This document shows positions 1 through 8,541 of a stretch of 41,717 nt of DNA, one piece after another (position 1 is the first letter of the stretch; every line of letters begins with the position of its first letter). The stretch is taken from IMG/VR virus record IMGVR_UViG_3300001866_000020, positions 1 through 41,717 of that record; one strand, 5' to 3'. The stretch comes from a virus. Taxonomy: Duplodnaviria > Caudoviricetes. Below the pieces are notes generated by a model, which was not told where the DNA came from, ran no database searches, and saw nothing but the letters and a program-made list of their open reading frames with translations. A program made the translations under genes and the position numbers.

Positions 1-70
1 CCATGTCGCGGTCATACCGCTCCTTTCCGCGCCATGACGCCAGCGGTTTTTCCATTCTGTCAGAAATCAT
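1..70 (-). CDS. Host gene, 5' fragment (MISDRMEKPLASWRGKERYDRDM...), possibly an archaeosine-pathway radical SAM (RaSEA-like) protein
   Basis: Open frame from ATG at 70 running off the window, with a TATA box about 25 nt upstream; the family guess rests on only 23 residues. Confidence 0.35.
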   Translation of the reverse strand, partial: MISDRMEKPLASWRGKERYDRDM

Positions 71-86
71 TAACAACCTACTAGTT

Positions 87-147
87 GATCTTATATAGAT
101 GTTATTTATGCATCCACCTTGCGGAAAACGCGATTTTATATAAGATC
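87..147. promoter_or_regulatory. Divergent TATA boxes (host gene and integrase) forming an 11-bp perfect inverted repeat
   Basis: GATCTTATATA at 87-97 and TATATAAGATC at 137-147; each TATA starts 27-28 nt before an ATG lacking an RBS. Confidence 0.6.
95..101 (+). repeat. Candidate attL core ATAGATG
   Basis: Identical 7-mer at 41617-41623; joining the inner flanks gives a symmetric attP. Confidence 0.6.
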
Positions 148-164
148 GGTTCGTACTTCTTTTC

Positions 165-1388
165 ATGGGTCGGATCGCTGATTTCCTCGACCAATACCAG
201 ACCCGGGGAACCCGTTACAGTTACCAGACAGGTGTGTATGCATTTCTCTCGTACATTTATAATTTTAAGCGCGATACCAACAGGAGCCAGCGGGTCGCCG
301 CGGAGGACCGGATCCAGCTCGAGACTTTTGCAGAGCGATATTTCACTGACAGTAGGAACTTTGAGAAGGACGTAATCGACTTCTCGAACCATTGCGCCGG
401 GAATTACGCTCCAACCTCCGGCCGTCTCTACCTGAGCATCGTGAAAGAATTCCTGTCCTTCAACGAGGTTGAATTCACCAGGAAGCAGGAACGGAACATC
501 AGGAATAAGGCTGTCGATGGGGGCCCTATCAGCCAGGAAGCGGATCTCACCAAAGAGCTGATCCGGAAAATCCTGAATATTTGCGATATCCGGTTGAAGG
601 CCCTGCTTCTGATTCTCATCACATCGGGAATGCGGATCGGGGAGCTTGCTGCACTCCGCATGAGCGATATCGAGATCGCGAAGGACAAGTCGTATGGCAT
701 CGTGACACTCCGGGGCGTGTCCAGGACACGGGGATCCCGGCTGAAGAACCGGCACTCTCGGATCACGTTCATCAGTAAGGAGGCGGTCGCGGCCCTGGAG
801 CAATACTACGTGGTGAGGGAAAAGTATATTGAAGACAGCTGCAAGCGGTGCCGGGGCCGCTGGCAGCCTGCGGATCTCGATGATGGAAGGGTCTTCTCGG
901 TCCGGATCGCGGCCCTGGGCGAATCTTTCAGGACCGCACTCCGGAATGGACATCTCTTCGAGAAAGACGAGGAAACCGGTCGATCGACGATCCATTTCCA
1001 CCTGTTCAGGAAATATTTCATCACAACGATGACCTATTCCGGGATCCCGGAAAAGTTTGTGGATTTCTACGCCGGCCATCTGGGCGAACTGGACCGGGCA
1101 TATCAGCGGCAGCCGCGTGAAAAACTCCTGGAGATCTACCTGAAGGGCGAGCCGCACCTGCGGGTCTATGACGAGAGCGCGGAAGAGGTCGCCAGGACAA
1201 AAGATGAGATCCGCGATACCAGGGACCAGGTCCGGGATCTCAAGATCGAGAACCTGACCAGCAAGGCCAAGGCCGACGAAGAGCGCCGTGAAAGCGATAA
1301 ACGGTTTTCAGCAATGGCGGATGAAATCCGGAAGCTCAATGAACGAGTCGCGCTGGTCAAGACCGTGAAACATGAAACAACACGATGA
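165..1388 (+). CDS. int: Tyrosine recombinase / integrase with C-terminal coiled coil
   Basis: Catalytic set visible: GMRIGE (R), LKN (K), HLFRK (HxxR), AGH (H), RAY (Y). Confidence 0.95.
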   Translation: MGRIADFLDQYQTRGTRYSYQTGVYAFLSYIYNFKRDTNRSQRVAAEDRIQLETFAERYFTDSRNFEKDVIDFSNHCAGNYAPTSGRLYLSIVKEFLSFNEVEFTRKQERNIRNKAVDGGPISQEADLTKELIRKILNICDIRLKALLLILITSGMRIGELAALRMSDIEIAKDKSYGIVTLRGVSRTRGSRLKNRHSRITFISKEAVAALEQYYVVREKYIEDSCKRCRGRWQPADLDDGRVFSVRIAALGESFRTALRNGHLFEKDEETGRSTIHFHLFRKYFITTMTYSGIPEKFVDFYAGHLGELDRAYQRQPREKLLEIYLKGEPHLRVYDESAEEVARTKDEIRDTRDQVRDLKIENLTSKAKADEERRESDKRFSAMADEIRKLNERVALVKTVKHETTR

Positions 1389-1395
1389 AAAATAA

Positions 1396-1650
1396 TTATT
1401 TTTTCGGCACTCTCTTCCGGGCGGCGGTCCTTACGAGCTCGATACCCTCGTCGCTCTGCAGGTACTCGCGGACCGCTGTCGGTACATCAAATACCCTGTA
1501 GTCCAGGCCGAACCTCAGGAGAGTCGAGATCGCATCAGCCCGGTTCACGAATTCCCCGGACGAGATAAGGGAATCGATTTTCGTTTCGATATCGGGCGGC
1601 ATTCGATAGGTCATTGACGGTTTAATGCGGCGGGGCCGTCGGGTTGTCAT
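1396..1650 (-). CDS. Ribbon-helix-helix transcription regulator
   Basis: MTYRMPPDIETKIDSLISSGEFVNRADAISTLL fits the CopG/Arc RHH pattern; start moved to ATG 1650. Confidence 0.75.
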   Translation of the reverse strand: MTTRRPRRIKPSMTYRMPPDIETKIDSLISSGEFVNRADAISTLLRFGLDYRVFDVPTAVREYLQSDEGIELVRTAARKRVPKK

Positions 1651-2012
1651 TTGTACGTCTTTTGAATAAGGGAAAAAAGAGGGTGCGCAACCTTCCTGAA
1701 AGTCATAAAGGATACACAGAAAACCGGTGAGATCAAACAAGTAATCGCCAGGATCTATGAATGAACTTTTCATGTTCTACGACGGTAAAAATAGATAAAT
1801 ATATGAGGAAACCGCTCGAATCCACACTTTCAACCAGCATCATCCTACCAATTTAATAAATGCAAGAGTGACATTGTGGACTGGATGTGAGGCGCGAGCG
1901 ATTGGCAAAAAGAGGGATATTTTGGACGGAGAAAACGAACACCCGTATGATTCTGATAAGAAAATTTTAGAGAGCGTGAGGCGAGTATTATCCGAGGAAA
2001 AATATCAAATAC

Positions 2013-2294
2013 TTATTTCTTCTCAGACATCTCGCGCATTGTCTTACGAACTTGAGAATCAACTAAGTCCTTCACAAGATCGGGATTGTCTTCAATTACT
2101 TTACGGATCCGCGCATCAAGTGCAGCAGGATTTTTCTGCATCTCGACCCATTCGGAAAGGCCAAGATGAACAACACTTGTAAAATTGAGATGTTTTTTCT
2201 TACGAATCTCATCCAGATCCTCTGCGAGGTCCAAAGGAAAATTTATCGAGGTTGGGTATTTTCCAAGTTTGTCTTCGGTCTGCCTGCTTGCCAT
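2013..2294 (-). CDS. Ribbon-helix-helix regulator (repressor candidate)
   Basis: TSINFPLDLAEDLDEIRKKKHLNFTSVVHLGL RHH pattern; divergent from the early operon. Confidence 0.75.
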   Translation of the reverse strand: MASRQTEDKLGKYPTSINFPLDLAEDLDEIRKKKHLNFTSVVHLGLSEWVEMQKNPAALDARIRKVIEDNPDLVKDLVDSQVRKTMREMSEKK

Positions 2295-2425
2295 TATCGT
2301 CTACCGATATAGGATATTATTCGAGAATATTTAATATCGATTTCCATATTATTTTATATCTTTTTTCACTATGTTTTTTTGTTTCTAGTAGCAAAATATT
2401 TATACCAAATATCATAACATATTGA
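2295..2425. promoter_or_regulatory. AT-rich divergent control region (lysis-lysogeny switch candidate)
   Basis: Very AT-rich spacer with several TATA-like boxes (e.g. TTTATA near 2399-2404) between divergent RHH-type genes. Confidence 0.6.
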
Positions 2426-2719
2426 ATGGTGATATTTTACACTATGATGAAGAAGGTGGATGCAGATCATTACCTGACAAGCACCGGGAAGGTGGTCCCC
2501 GCGGTAAAAACGATCATCTTCAATGTACCGGAATGCCTCCAGGATGAGGCAACAGAATTGGTGTACGAATGCGGCCGTTCAAGGACGGATATCGGTTGCG
2601 AGGGCATCCGAAGCTATAGCGATCTGGAAGGGCTGGTTCACCGGAGGCGTGAGTTTGAAGTTGCAATGAATGGCGCAGGCCTACCAGATCAATCCGGAGG
2701 AGCTGGGAACGCTACATGA
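2426..2719 (+). CDS. Probable RHH-like regulator, first gene of the early operon
   Basis: KTIIFNVPECLQDEATELVYECGRSRTDIGCEGI resembles RHH; the true start may be an ATG near 2444. Confidence 0.5.
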   Translation: MVIFYTMMKKVDADHYLTSTGKVVPAVKTIIFNVPECLQDEATELVYECGRSRTDIGCEGIRSYSDLEGLVHRRREFEVAMNGAGLPDQSGGAGNAT

Positions 2720-2892
2720 CCGAAATAGCAGCACAGTCCCCGCAGATGATGGAGTTCCATGCTGATACGATTCAATGGTTCAAGGAAGAGTTTCCTGAGG
2801 ACACGGCAAAGCTGGAACGCCTGATAAAGGACAGGAAAATCCAAGTGATTGATGAACAAAAGGAGAGAAAACATGTCAACAAAAACGTGTAA
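2716..2892 (+). CDS. 58-aa hypothetical protein (absent from the ORF track)
   Basis: ATGA overlap with the upstream stop; MTEIAAQSPQMMEFHADTIQWFKEEFPED... Confidence 0.65.
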   Translation: MTEIAAQSPQMMEFHADTIQWFKEEFPEDTAKLERLIKDRKIQVIDEQKERKHVNKNV

Positions 2893-3358
2893 AGATGGTA
2901 GTTATCCCCCAGGCCTGCAAGCGAAGGGAGAACAGACTACCAGTATCGATTCTGAACGAGAAGTAATAAAGGAATGCCCATTCATGCGCTACGGCTGCCT
3001 CGGCTGCCTGATGTCGCAGCCGGCCGGCCACTGCATCTGCGGCAACGAGTTCGGCGACGAGTACTGCCAGCGGGATCGCAAGCTGAACCTGCGGGCCACG
3101 GAAGAGTGCCTGCAAAAAGGCTGCATCTCGGCTCGCCATGTCGAGAACCACACGCTGGTCTGCACCCACACCGGCTCGGAATGTTTGCATCTTGACCTGC
3201 GTGGCAAATCGCTTGGCAACCTGATCATGAAGGCCCGGGCCGTTGCCGAGGTCATTGACGCTGAACGCGCGAACGAGTCGCTGCGGATCGTATCAATCCT
3301 GAAATCGCGTCGCCACGCATCCGGTGCGGTCATCACGGAGGAGGCCGTGTCATCATGA
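2873..3358 (+). CDS. Cys-rich hypothetical protein
   Basis: AGGAG RBS before ATG 2873; many Cys/His; coupled to the next gene. Confidence 0.7.
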   Translation: MSTKTCKDGSYPPGLQAKGEQTTSIDSEREVIKECPFMRYGCLGCLMSQPAGHCICGNEFGDEYCQRDRKLNLRATEECLQKGCISARHVENHTLVCTHTGSECLHLDLRGKSLGNLIMKARAVAEVIDAERANESLRIVSILKSRRHASGAVITEEAVSS

Positions 3359-3714
3359 CCGACAAGACCAACGTGATCACGGTCACCCAGGACAATCTCG
3401 AATGGATCAACAAGAATGTCCCGGGATCCAGCAAGCAGAAGCGGCTCGAAGCGATGCTCGCGTTTTACGTGAACAATGGAGGTCCGATCGTGGGAACTCC
3501 AGAACTTACGAAAAAACCGATGGTTATCGCTCTGAAGGGTCCCGCTAGGTGTGGAAAATCATTCCTGGCCGAATCCCTGAAGAATACCGTCTATAAAGAC
3601 AAAAAGGTCCTGATCTTCGACGGACACTCGCAGAAACATGAGAATCTCGAAGATTACGACGTTGTCATTTTCTGCGGCGTAACCTCTCGCGATTTCCCCC
3701 AGGGGTTGATCTGA
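3355..3714 (+). CDS. Small protein with a P-loop motif
   Basis: VIALKGPARCGKS Walker A; only 119 aa. Confidence 0.6.
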   Translation: MTDKTNVITVTQDNLEWINKNVPGSSKQKRLEAMLAFYVNNGGPIVGTPELTKKPMVIALKGPARCGKSFLAESLKNTVYKDKKVLIFDGHSQKHENLEDYDVVIFCGVTSRDFPQGLI

Positions 3715-4125
3715 ATGACCGAAGCAGCAACCGCCCCGTCCAACAGTGCTGCAACGTTGCAGCATCCGGTCCGGCTCATGCCGATGCTGACCGACAACGA
3801 CCGCGAGCTGATCAAGAACCTGCAGGTCCTCGGGATCCCACGGACCGCAGCATCGTGCCTGGTGGCCATCACCCGGTACGGTGACGGCCAGCAGATCACT
3901 GGCTACTGGCTCGACCGGATCTCGGATCTGCGCCAGCCGGAAGTCTCGAAAGGGACACAATGGTTGATCCGGGAAGGGATCCTCCGGATCGCCCGCGAGG
4001 ACAAGTCTTCCCGGAAAGGCCGGCCGGTTAAGGTCTTTGCTCTGACCGGCAAGGTCCTCCAGAAAGAAACCGAGATCCACAACGGGATCGCAACAGTGCG
4101 GATCCTCTGGCCAGAGGCGTATTGA
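3715..4125 (+). CDS. Winged-helix transcription regulator (archaeal LRQPEVS...GRP family, COG4738-like)
   Basis: DLRQPEVSKGTQWL and KGRPVKVFAL motifs. Confidence 0.8.
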   Translation: MTEAATAPSNSAATLQHPVRLMPMLTDNDRELIKNLQVLGIPRTAASCLVAITRYGDGQQITGYWLDRISDLRQPEVSKGTQWLIREGILRIAREDKSSRKGRPVKVFALTGKVLQKETEIHNGIATVRILWPEAY

Positions 4126-4126
4126 C

Positions 4127-4585
4127 ATGGCCGTCGATTTTACTGCCAAGATCTCCCTCAACCCCGACTGCAAACCCAGCGAGCCTCAGTACAAGATCAA
4201 GTGCAAACAGCTCGCGATCGCGGAGGAAGGATCCGGAAATATCCGGGAAATGATGGACGACATTACTGAGAAGATCCGTGATGCTGTTGCTGATGAGTTC
4301 CGGACGGTTCCGCGATCGGTCCAGCTTGTCGGGTACTCCATGAGCCTGCAGTTCCAGGTTATTGGACCAGTCAACCGGTCCCTTGCAGTGTTCACGAGCG
4401 ATTACAAGGCAACCGTGAAACTCTCTGATGGCACCGAAATTGACCTGGACAAACTCACCAAGACCGCCGACAAGGTCATCGAATATGCAAAGCGGACCGG
4501 CAAGACCGCTGATCAGGTCCTTGCGGAAGCCAGGGCCGAACTTGCCAAACAGAAGGCTGCAGAGGGCAAGGGGGCGAAGCCATGA
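4127..4585 (+). CDS. Hypothetical protein, N-terminus weakly HicB-fold-like
   Basis: YKIKCKQLAIAEEGSGNIREMMDDITEKI resembles the HicB beta-beta-alpha pattern. Confidence 0.45.
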   Translation: MAVDFTAKISLNPDCKPSEPQYKIKCKQLAIAEEGSGNIREMMDDITEKIRDAVADEFRTVPRSVQLVGYSMSLQFQVIGPVNRSLAVFTSDYKATVKLSDGTEIDLDKLTKTADKVIEYAKRTGKTADQVLAEARAELAKQKAAEGKGAKP

Positions 4586-4932
4586 AGATCATCGGCGAGA
4601 TCGAACTCTCCGGCATCAAGCGGATCGTTATCAATCGGACGAGCGTCTGGGAACGGGAGGAAGTGAGCGACCCCAACCCGTACCACATCTCATACAACTG
4701 GAGGAAAACATCCGGGGGGCCGGGGATGTCAATTTTAATAACGGATGGCCATCTTAAGACGCCCTTCGCGATGATGGCCCACGTCAACCGCCTCCTATCA
4801 ATGGGGGTCATAGTCCAGGAGACTCGCGCCACGAAAAAAGGTTCCCTGAATGTTGCCATCGCGCAAAAGCTCGCGTACCGGTGCTGGGTCCATGGCGATA
4901 CCCTGAACATCGTCAGGAAGGATCTCCCATGA
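4582..4932 (+). CDS. Hypothetical protein
   Basis: ATGA-coupled at both ends. Confidence 0.7.
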   Translation: MKIIGEIELSGIKRIVINRTSVWEREEVSDPNPYHISYNWRKTSGGPGMSILITDGHLKTPFAMMAHVNRLLSMGVIVQETRATKKGSLNVAIAQKLAYRCWVHGDTLNIVRKDLP

Positions 4933-5060
4933 CCCCGATCGAAGAAGAGCAGGACGCGGGCCGCGATGTCCAGGATGACATGTACCGGCACCGGGAGAAG
5001 GTCGGGGAGCACGACTGCCCGCATTGTTGCGGCTGTGGGTGCTGCGGGGGTGATCACTGA
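4929..5060 (+). CDS. 43-aa microprotein ending CPHCCGCGCCGGDH (absent from the ORF track)
   Basis: Fills the gap exactly: ATGA overlap upstream, TGATG overlap downstream. Confidence 0.7.
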   Translation: MTPIEEEQDAGRDVQDDMYRHREKVGEHDCPHCCGCGCCGGDH

Positions 5061-5635
5061 TGTCAACCGCAGAAGAGCGGGCGGACCTCAAGGCCAACCC
5101 GCTGCCACCAGCACCGGACTGCAGCACATGTTTGCACTGTTACGTCCCGGAAGCGGAATGCAATCTCCGCGATGGGGAGGACGACAAGGACCGGTGCGAG
5201 TATCTCCCGGACGACCTTCATGACGGGGCGCTCCCGGCGCTGATGCAAGCCTTCCTCATCCAGGAAAAGATCAGTTCTCTCCAGGAAGAGATCAAAGCCT
5301 TCCAGAAACGCTATGAAATTTTAATCGAGACGGCTGTAGCGTCGAACATCGAGAAGGAAGGACCATACTGCCTTATCGATAAAAAACGGTCAGTGAGGGT
5401 TCCCGATCCGGTGAAGTTCCGGGAACTATACCCGGACGCGTATGCGGTAATTAAACAGGAAGATGTCGATCGGGCAATGAGAAAAATCGACGACCTGTTG
5501 AAGGCGGATCTCACGAGCATCCCGGTCAAACGCGCCGAGGAACTGGTCGGCAAGATCCCGCTGACCAAAATCAGCGATGAGAATGTCTATCACTCCTACA
5601 GTGTCCAGCGAGTCGTGGCGGGGGGATCGTCATGA
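5060..5635 (+). CDS. Hypothetical protein (Cys motif plus coiled coil), recombination-module associated
   Basis: CxxCxxC N-terminus; DPVKFRELYPDAY resembles the non-catalytic tail of YqaJ-type proteins; adjacent to bet. Confidence 0.55.
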   Translation: MSTAEERADLKANPLPPAPDCSTCLHCYVPEAECNLRDGEDDKDRCEYLPDDLHDGALPALMQAFLIQEKISSLQEEIKAFQKRYEILIETAVASNIEKEGPYCLIDKKRSVRVPDPVKFRELYPDAYAVIKQEDVDRAMRKIDDLLKADLTSIPVKRAEELVGKIPLTKISDENVYHSYSVQRVVAGGSS

Positions 5636-6999
5636 AAACGGGGGTGGTCGAAGGGATCAACAGTGCCATCATCCTCATCGGGGGGTTGAAATATTTCCTC
5701 GGTGACCAGAAGGCTGAAGGCGTCGAAAAGGGCGACACAGTAGAGTTCGAGAACCTGGACAACATGTGGCTGACCCACCTTGAGCTGATCCAGAAAGGCA
5801 ACGGGAACGGTAAGACCCCCGCAGCCAAGAAGACGGCACCGGCAACCAAGAACGGGGAGACGGCCCCGTCCTGCAAGTTCGCGCCATGCCCCGATGGCAA
5901 GAACCATTTCGTCCATGAAAAACGGCGGAACCGCTGGGAATGCGAATGCATCGGCCAGGACAATCCCCAGCTTTCGAAATGCTCGCTGGAGTACCGGAGA
6001 GGAGAAAAGCCGATCCTGCCGGATCCGGAACTCGACAAGAAAGCACGGGCTGCCGGATTCGGAGCCCCCCCGACAGCGCCAGCAGCAGAGCCACCGTCCG
6101 TTGTCGGGGCCTACGTCAGCCACGATGCCAAGGGACTGATTCTGAATATCAATGGCAAGAACGCGGGATATCTGGCCGACCCCAGCGTCATCAAGTACCT
6201 GAACTCGAAAACGTCCGTGGTCAAGCCCGGCATGGTCGTCACGATCGAAGTCGCGGATGTTCCCGGGAAGGGTGTGGTCGCAAAACTGATCGGTCCCGGC
6301 CCGGAAACCACTCCGAAGGAAACAGCACCTGCGGGCCCACAGACCAACCCCGTGACAGCAACAGAGAATCTTGACTGCCACGGATGCAGCCCGAACGACA
6401 AGGACACAGATTGCGGATATTGCCGGGAACTCGGCCAAGAACCGGACCATGGACAGCAAAATGCAATGGTCCCTCACCGGCCCCAACATGCCATGAATCC
6501 AGTACAAACCTGGTCAGAAGATGAGATCGTTTTGATCCGGAACACGATCGCCCGGAACTGTACCGAACCCGAATTTAAATTGCTGATGTACCTCGCGAAG
6601 ACATACGGACTTGATCCGTTGGCGAAGCAGATCTGGGCGGTCAAACGCAATGATAACTCTCCTGCGCTTATCTTTGCAGGTCGGGACGGTTTCCTTGCTA
6701 TAGCTCATCATAGTGGCAAATTTGACGGGATGCGATCCGGTGTCAAATACGAAGGCGAGGGCAAGGACCGCAAGCCCGTTTCCGCATGGTGCGAGATATG
6801 GCGTAAAGACATGTCTCATTCGTTCATGACAGAGGTGCCGTTCTCCGAATATAATACCGGGGTAAGCGTCTGGAAGACCAACCCGTCTGCTATGATCCTC
6901 AAGGTGGCAGAAGCCGTCTGTCTCCGTAAAGCATTCGTAATCTCTGGTATCTATTCCCCGGAAGAGATTGATACTGAAGGCGGAAAGGGGCGTGCCTGA
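5632..6999 (+). CDS. bet: Bet/RecT single-strand annealing protein with ~290-aa N-terminal extension
   Basis: C-terminal GLDPLAKQIWAVK, GRDGFLAIA, W.TNPSAMILKVAEAVCLRKAF and GIYSPEE motifs. Confidence 0.88.
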   Translation: MKTGVVEGINSAIILIGGLKYFLGDQKAEGVEKGDTVEFENLDNMWLTHLELIQKGNGNGKTPAAKKTAPATKNGETAPSCKFAPCPDGKNHFVHEKRRNRWECECIGQDNPQLSKCSLEYRRGEKPILPDPELDKKARAAGFGAPPTAPAAEPPSVVGAYVSHDAKGLILNINGKNAGYLADPSVIKYLNSKTSVVKPGMVVTIEVADVPGKGVVAKLIGPGPETTPKETAPAGPQTNPVTATENLDCHGCSPNDKDTDCGYCRELGQEPDHGQQNAMVPHRPQHAMNPVQTWSEDEIVLIRNTIARNCTEPEFKLLMYLAKTYGLDPLAKQIWAVKRNDNSPALIFAGRDGFLAIAHHSGKFDGMRSGVKYEGEGKDRKPVSAWCEIWRKDMSHSFMTEVPFSEYNTGVSVWKTNPSAMILKVAEAVCLRKAFVISGIYSPEEIDTEGGKGRA

Positions 7000-7130
7000 T
7001 GCCAGTCTGTCCGGAGTGCGGGTATAGGTATTCCCCGGATGTGGAAGCGCCCGTATGCCCGAAATGTGGTCATAACCCGTATGAACATATCACCAATTCT
7101 TTTTCCAATGCCACGGGGGAAGATCCATGA
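6999..7130 (+). CDS. 43-aa CPxCG zinc-finger microprotein (absent from the ORF track)
   Basis: MPVCPECG...VCPKCG; TGATG and ATGA coupling. Confidence 0.8.
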   Translation: MPVCPECGYRYSPDVEAPVCPKCGHNPYEHITNSFSNATGEDP

Positions 7131-8341
7131 TCGATAAGATCGTCGTGAATAAACAAATCGGTGTGTCAGGAGATCGTGGGAATATCGCGTTGCAGGTGAC
7201 TGCAGACGATATCCCTGCTGCCGAAGTGATTGCAGCCGAACGGGCATTCGATCGTTTTGTCAGCGAAATCACCGGGAAACCAGAGATAATTGCGCCCCTC
7301 AAACAGCGTAACGGTATGCAGGTCCTTTGGACAGACGAGGAACGTGAAGCGATCCGGACCTGTCCTTCCCCATCCGCGGCGGTGAAAGCGTACCGGGAAA
7401 AGTTTCCCCAATCTACCCGGAAGGATTCGGGGATTACCCGGATGTGGTTGTACCTGCGGGAGAAACCAGCCCGTGTTCCGGCACCGGGCCCAATTGTAGA
7501 GGAGAAGGATCTCCTCTCCACCAGGAAGACGACACCAAAGCGGGATCTCCATAATAATTTCGATGCCGATCGCTGGTCTTCCGAGGAAAAACGGGTGATC
7601 CTGGAAGCGAACAGCAGGGAGGACGTTGTCGTAAAGTACCGGGAACAATTCCCGAACTCAACCAGATCGGATGACGCGATCTGCCGCCAGTTCTATGAGG
7701 CGCACCCTGACAAGAGATCTCCTGATGTGCCATGGACGGATGCGGAGAAACAGCTGATCCTGACTGAAAACAGCTTCGATGACGCTCTCGCCAAGTACCG
7801 GGTGCTGTTTCCGGAGTCGGCCCGATCGGATGCAGCCGTACAGCGCGAATGGTATGGTCTTCGCCCGGAAAAACGGGGTGAAGTGCCATCGGGAAGGAAA
7901 AAGGGAAGCACTAACCCGGCCCCACTTCCCGGGACTGCACGAGCAAAATACAAGATCCCCTTTTCATCCAAACAGGATAAGGCGGCTCCGAAAGCGCCAA
8001 AGACCCCGAAGACCCCCAAGGCTGCGAAATCCACCGCTGACAAACCTGCCAAGAAAGACCCGGTTTCCAAAGCCACTCCGGAATCCAAAAAGGCGGAGAA
8101 GGCAGTCATCACGACAGTCGATGGACGGTTTGCTGTTGGCCAGGAAGTCGTCCACAACGGTTCGAGGAGCAGTCCGTTCTTCGGCCGCGTGGGAAAGATC
8201 ACCAAAATCACCATGACCGGCAAGACCGAGCACCTTATGGTCAGTTACGGTTCGCAAAATGCGATCATGATCCTGCCGGAGTTTGTGGTCCCTGTCGTAG
8301 CCAGAAAACCTGCAGCTGCTGCAGTGGCAGGTGAGTCCTGA
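7127..8341 (+). CDS. Protein with three Myb/SANT-like repeats, an AT-hook-like motif, a K/A/P-rich linker and a KOW/SH3-like C-terminus
   Basis: Three W(T/S)xxE...YRxxFPxSxR(S/K)D repeats beginning at 7328, 7574 and 7733. Confidence 0.7.
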   Translation: MIDKIVVNKQIGVSGDRGNIALQVTADDIPAAEVIAAERAFDRFVSEITGKPEIIAPLKQRNGMQVLWTDEEREAIRTCPSPSAAVKAYREKFPQSTRKDSGITRMWLYLREKPARVPAPGPIVEEKDLLSTRKTTPKRDLHNNFDADRWSSEEKRVILEANSREDVVVKYREQFPNSTRSDDAICRQFYEAHPDKRSPDVPWTDAEKQLILTENSFDDALAKYRVLFPESARSDAAVQREWYGLRPEKRGEVPSGRKKGSTNPAPLPGTARAKYKIPFSSKQDKAAPKAPKTPKTPKAAKSTADKPAKKDPVSKATPESKKAEKAVITTVDGRFAVGQEVVHNGSRSSPFFGRVGKITKITMTGKTEHLMVSYGSQNAIMILPEFVVPVVARKPAAAAVAGES

Positions 8342-8541
8342 TGCCGGACACCGTCGTCGTCCAGCGTACCGAATACCCGGACTCGATCGAGATCGGAACC
8401 CCGGGCAAAGGCGGGAACATCAAAGTCTATTTCGACGCCTCCGATCTTTCCGGTGCCCAGAAGCGGATCGAGAACGTGGTCTTGGCCCAGGCGCATCTTA
8501 TCACGAAACTCGCGGAAATCGGGGTGAGGGCCAATGTCTGA
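8341..8541 (+). CDS. Hypothetical protein
   Basis: GGTGA RBS, TGATG coupling. Confidence 0.7.
   Translation: MPDTVVVQRTEYPDSIEIGTPGKGGNIKVYFDASDLSGAQKRIENVVLAQAHLITKLAEIGVRANV

Noticed and set aside
80-86. ACTAGTT shared with 41098-41104 as an alternative att core
   Set aside because: It gives no symmetric attP and would separate the left host gene from its TATA box; ATAGATG fits better
102-1157. Long antisense ORFs (also 9268-10548, 13747-14637, 24922-25887, 38997-39818 and others)
   Set aside because: They shadow well-supported genes in GC-rich DNA and have no motifs or RBS
1868-2182. 104-aa + strand ORF
   Set aside because: About half overlaps the RHH gene in antisense, with no RBS or motif; left uncalled
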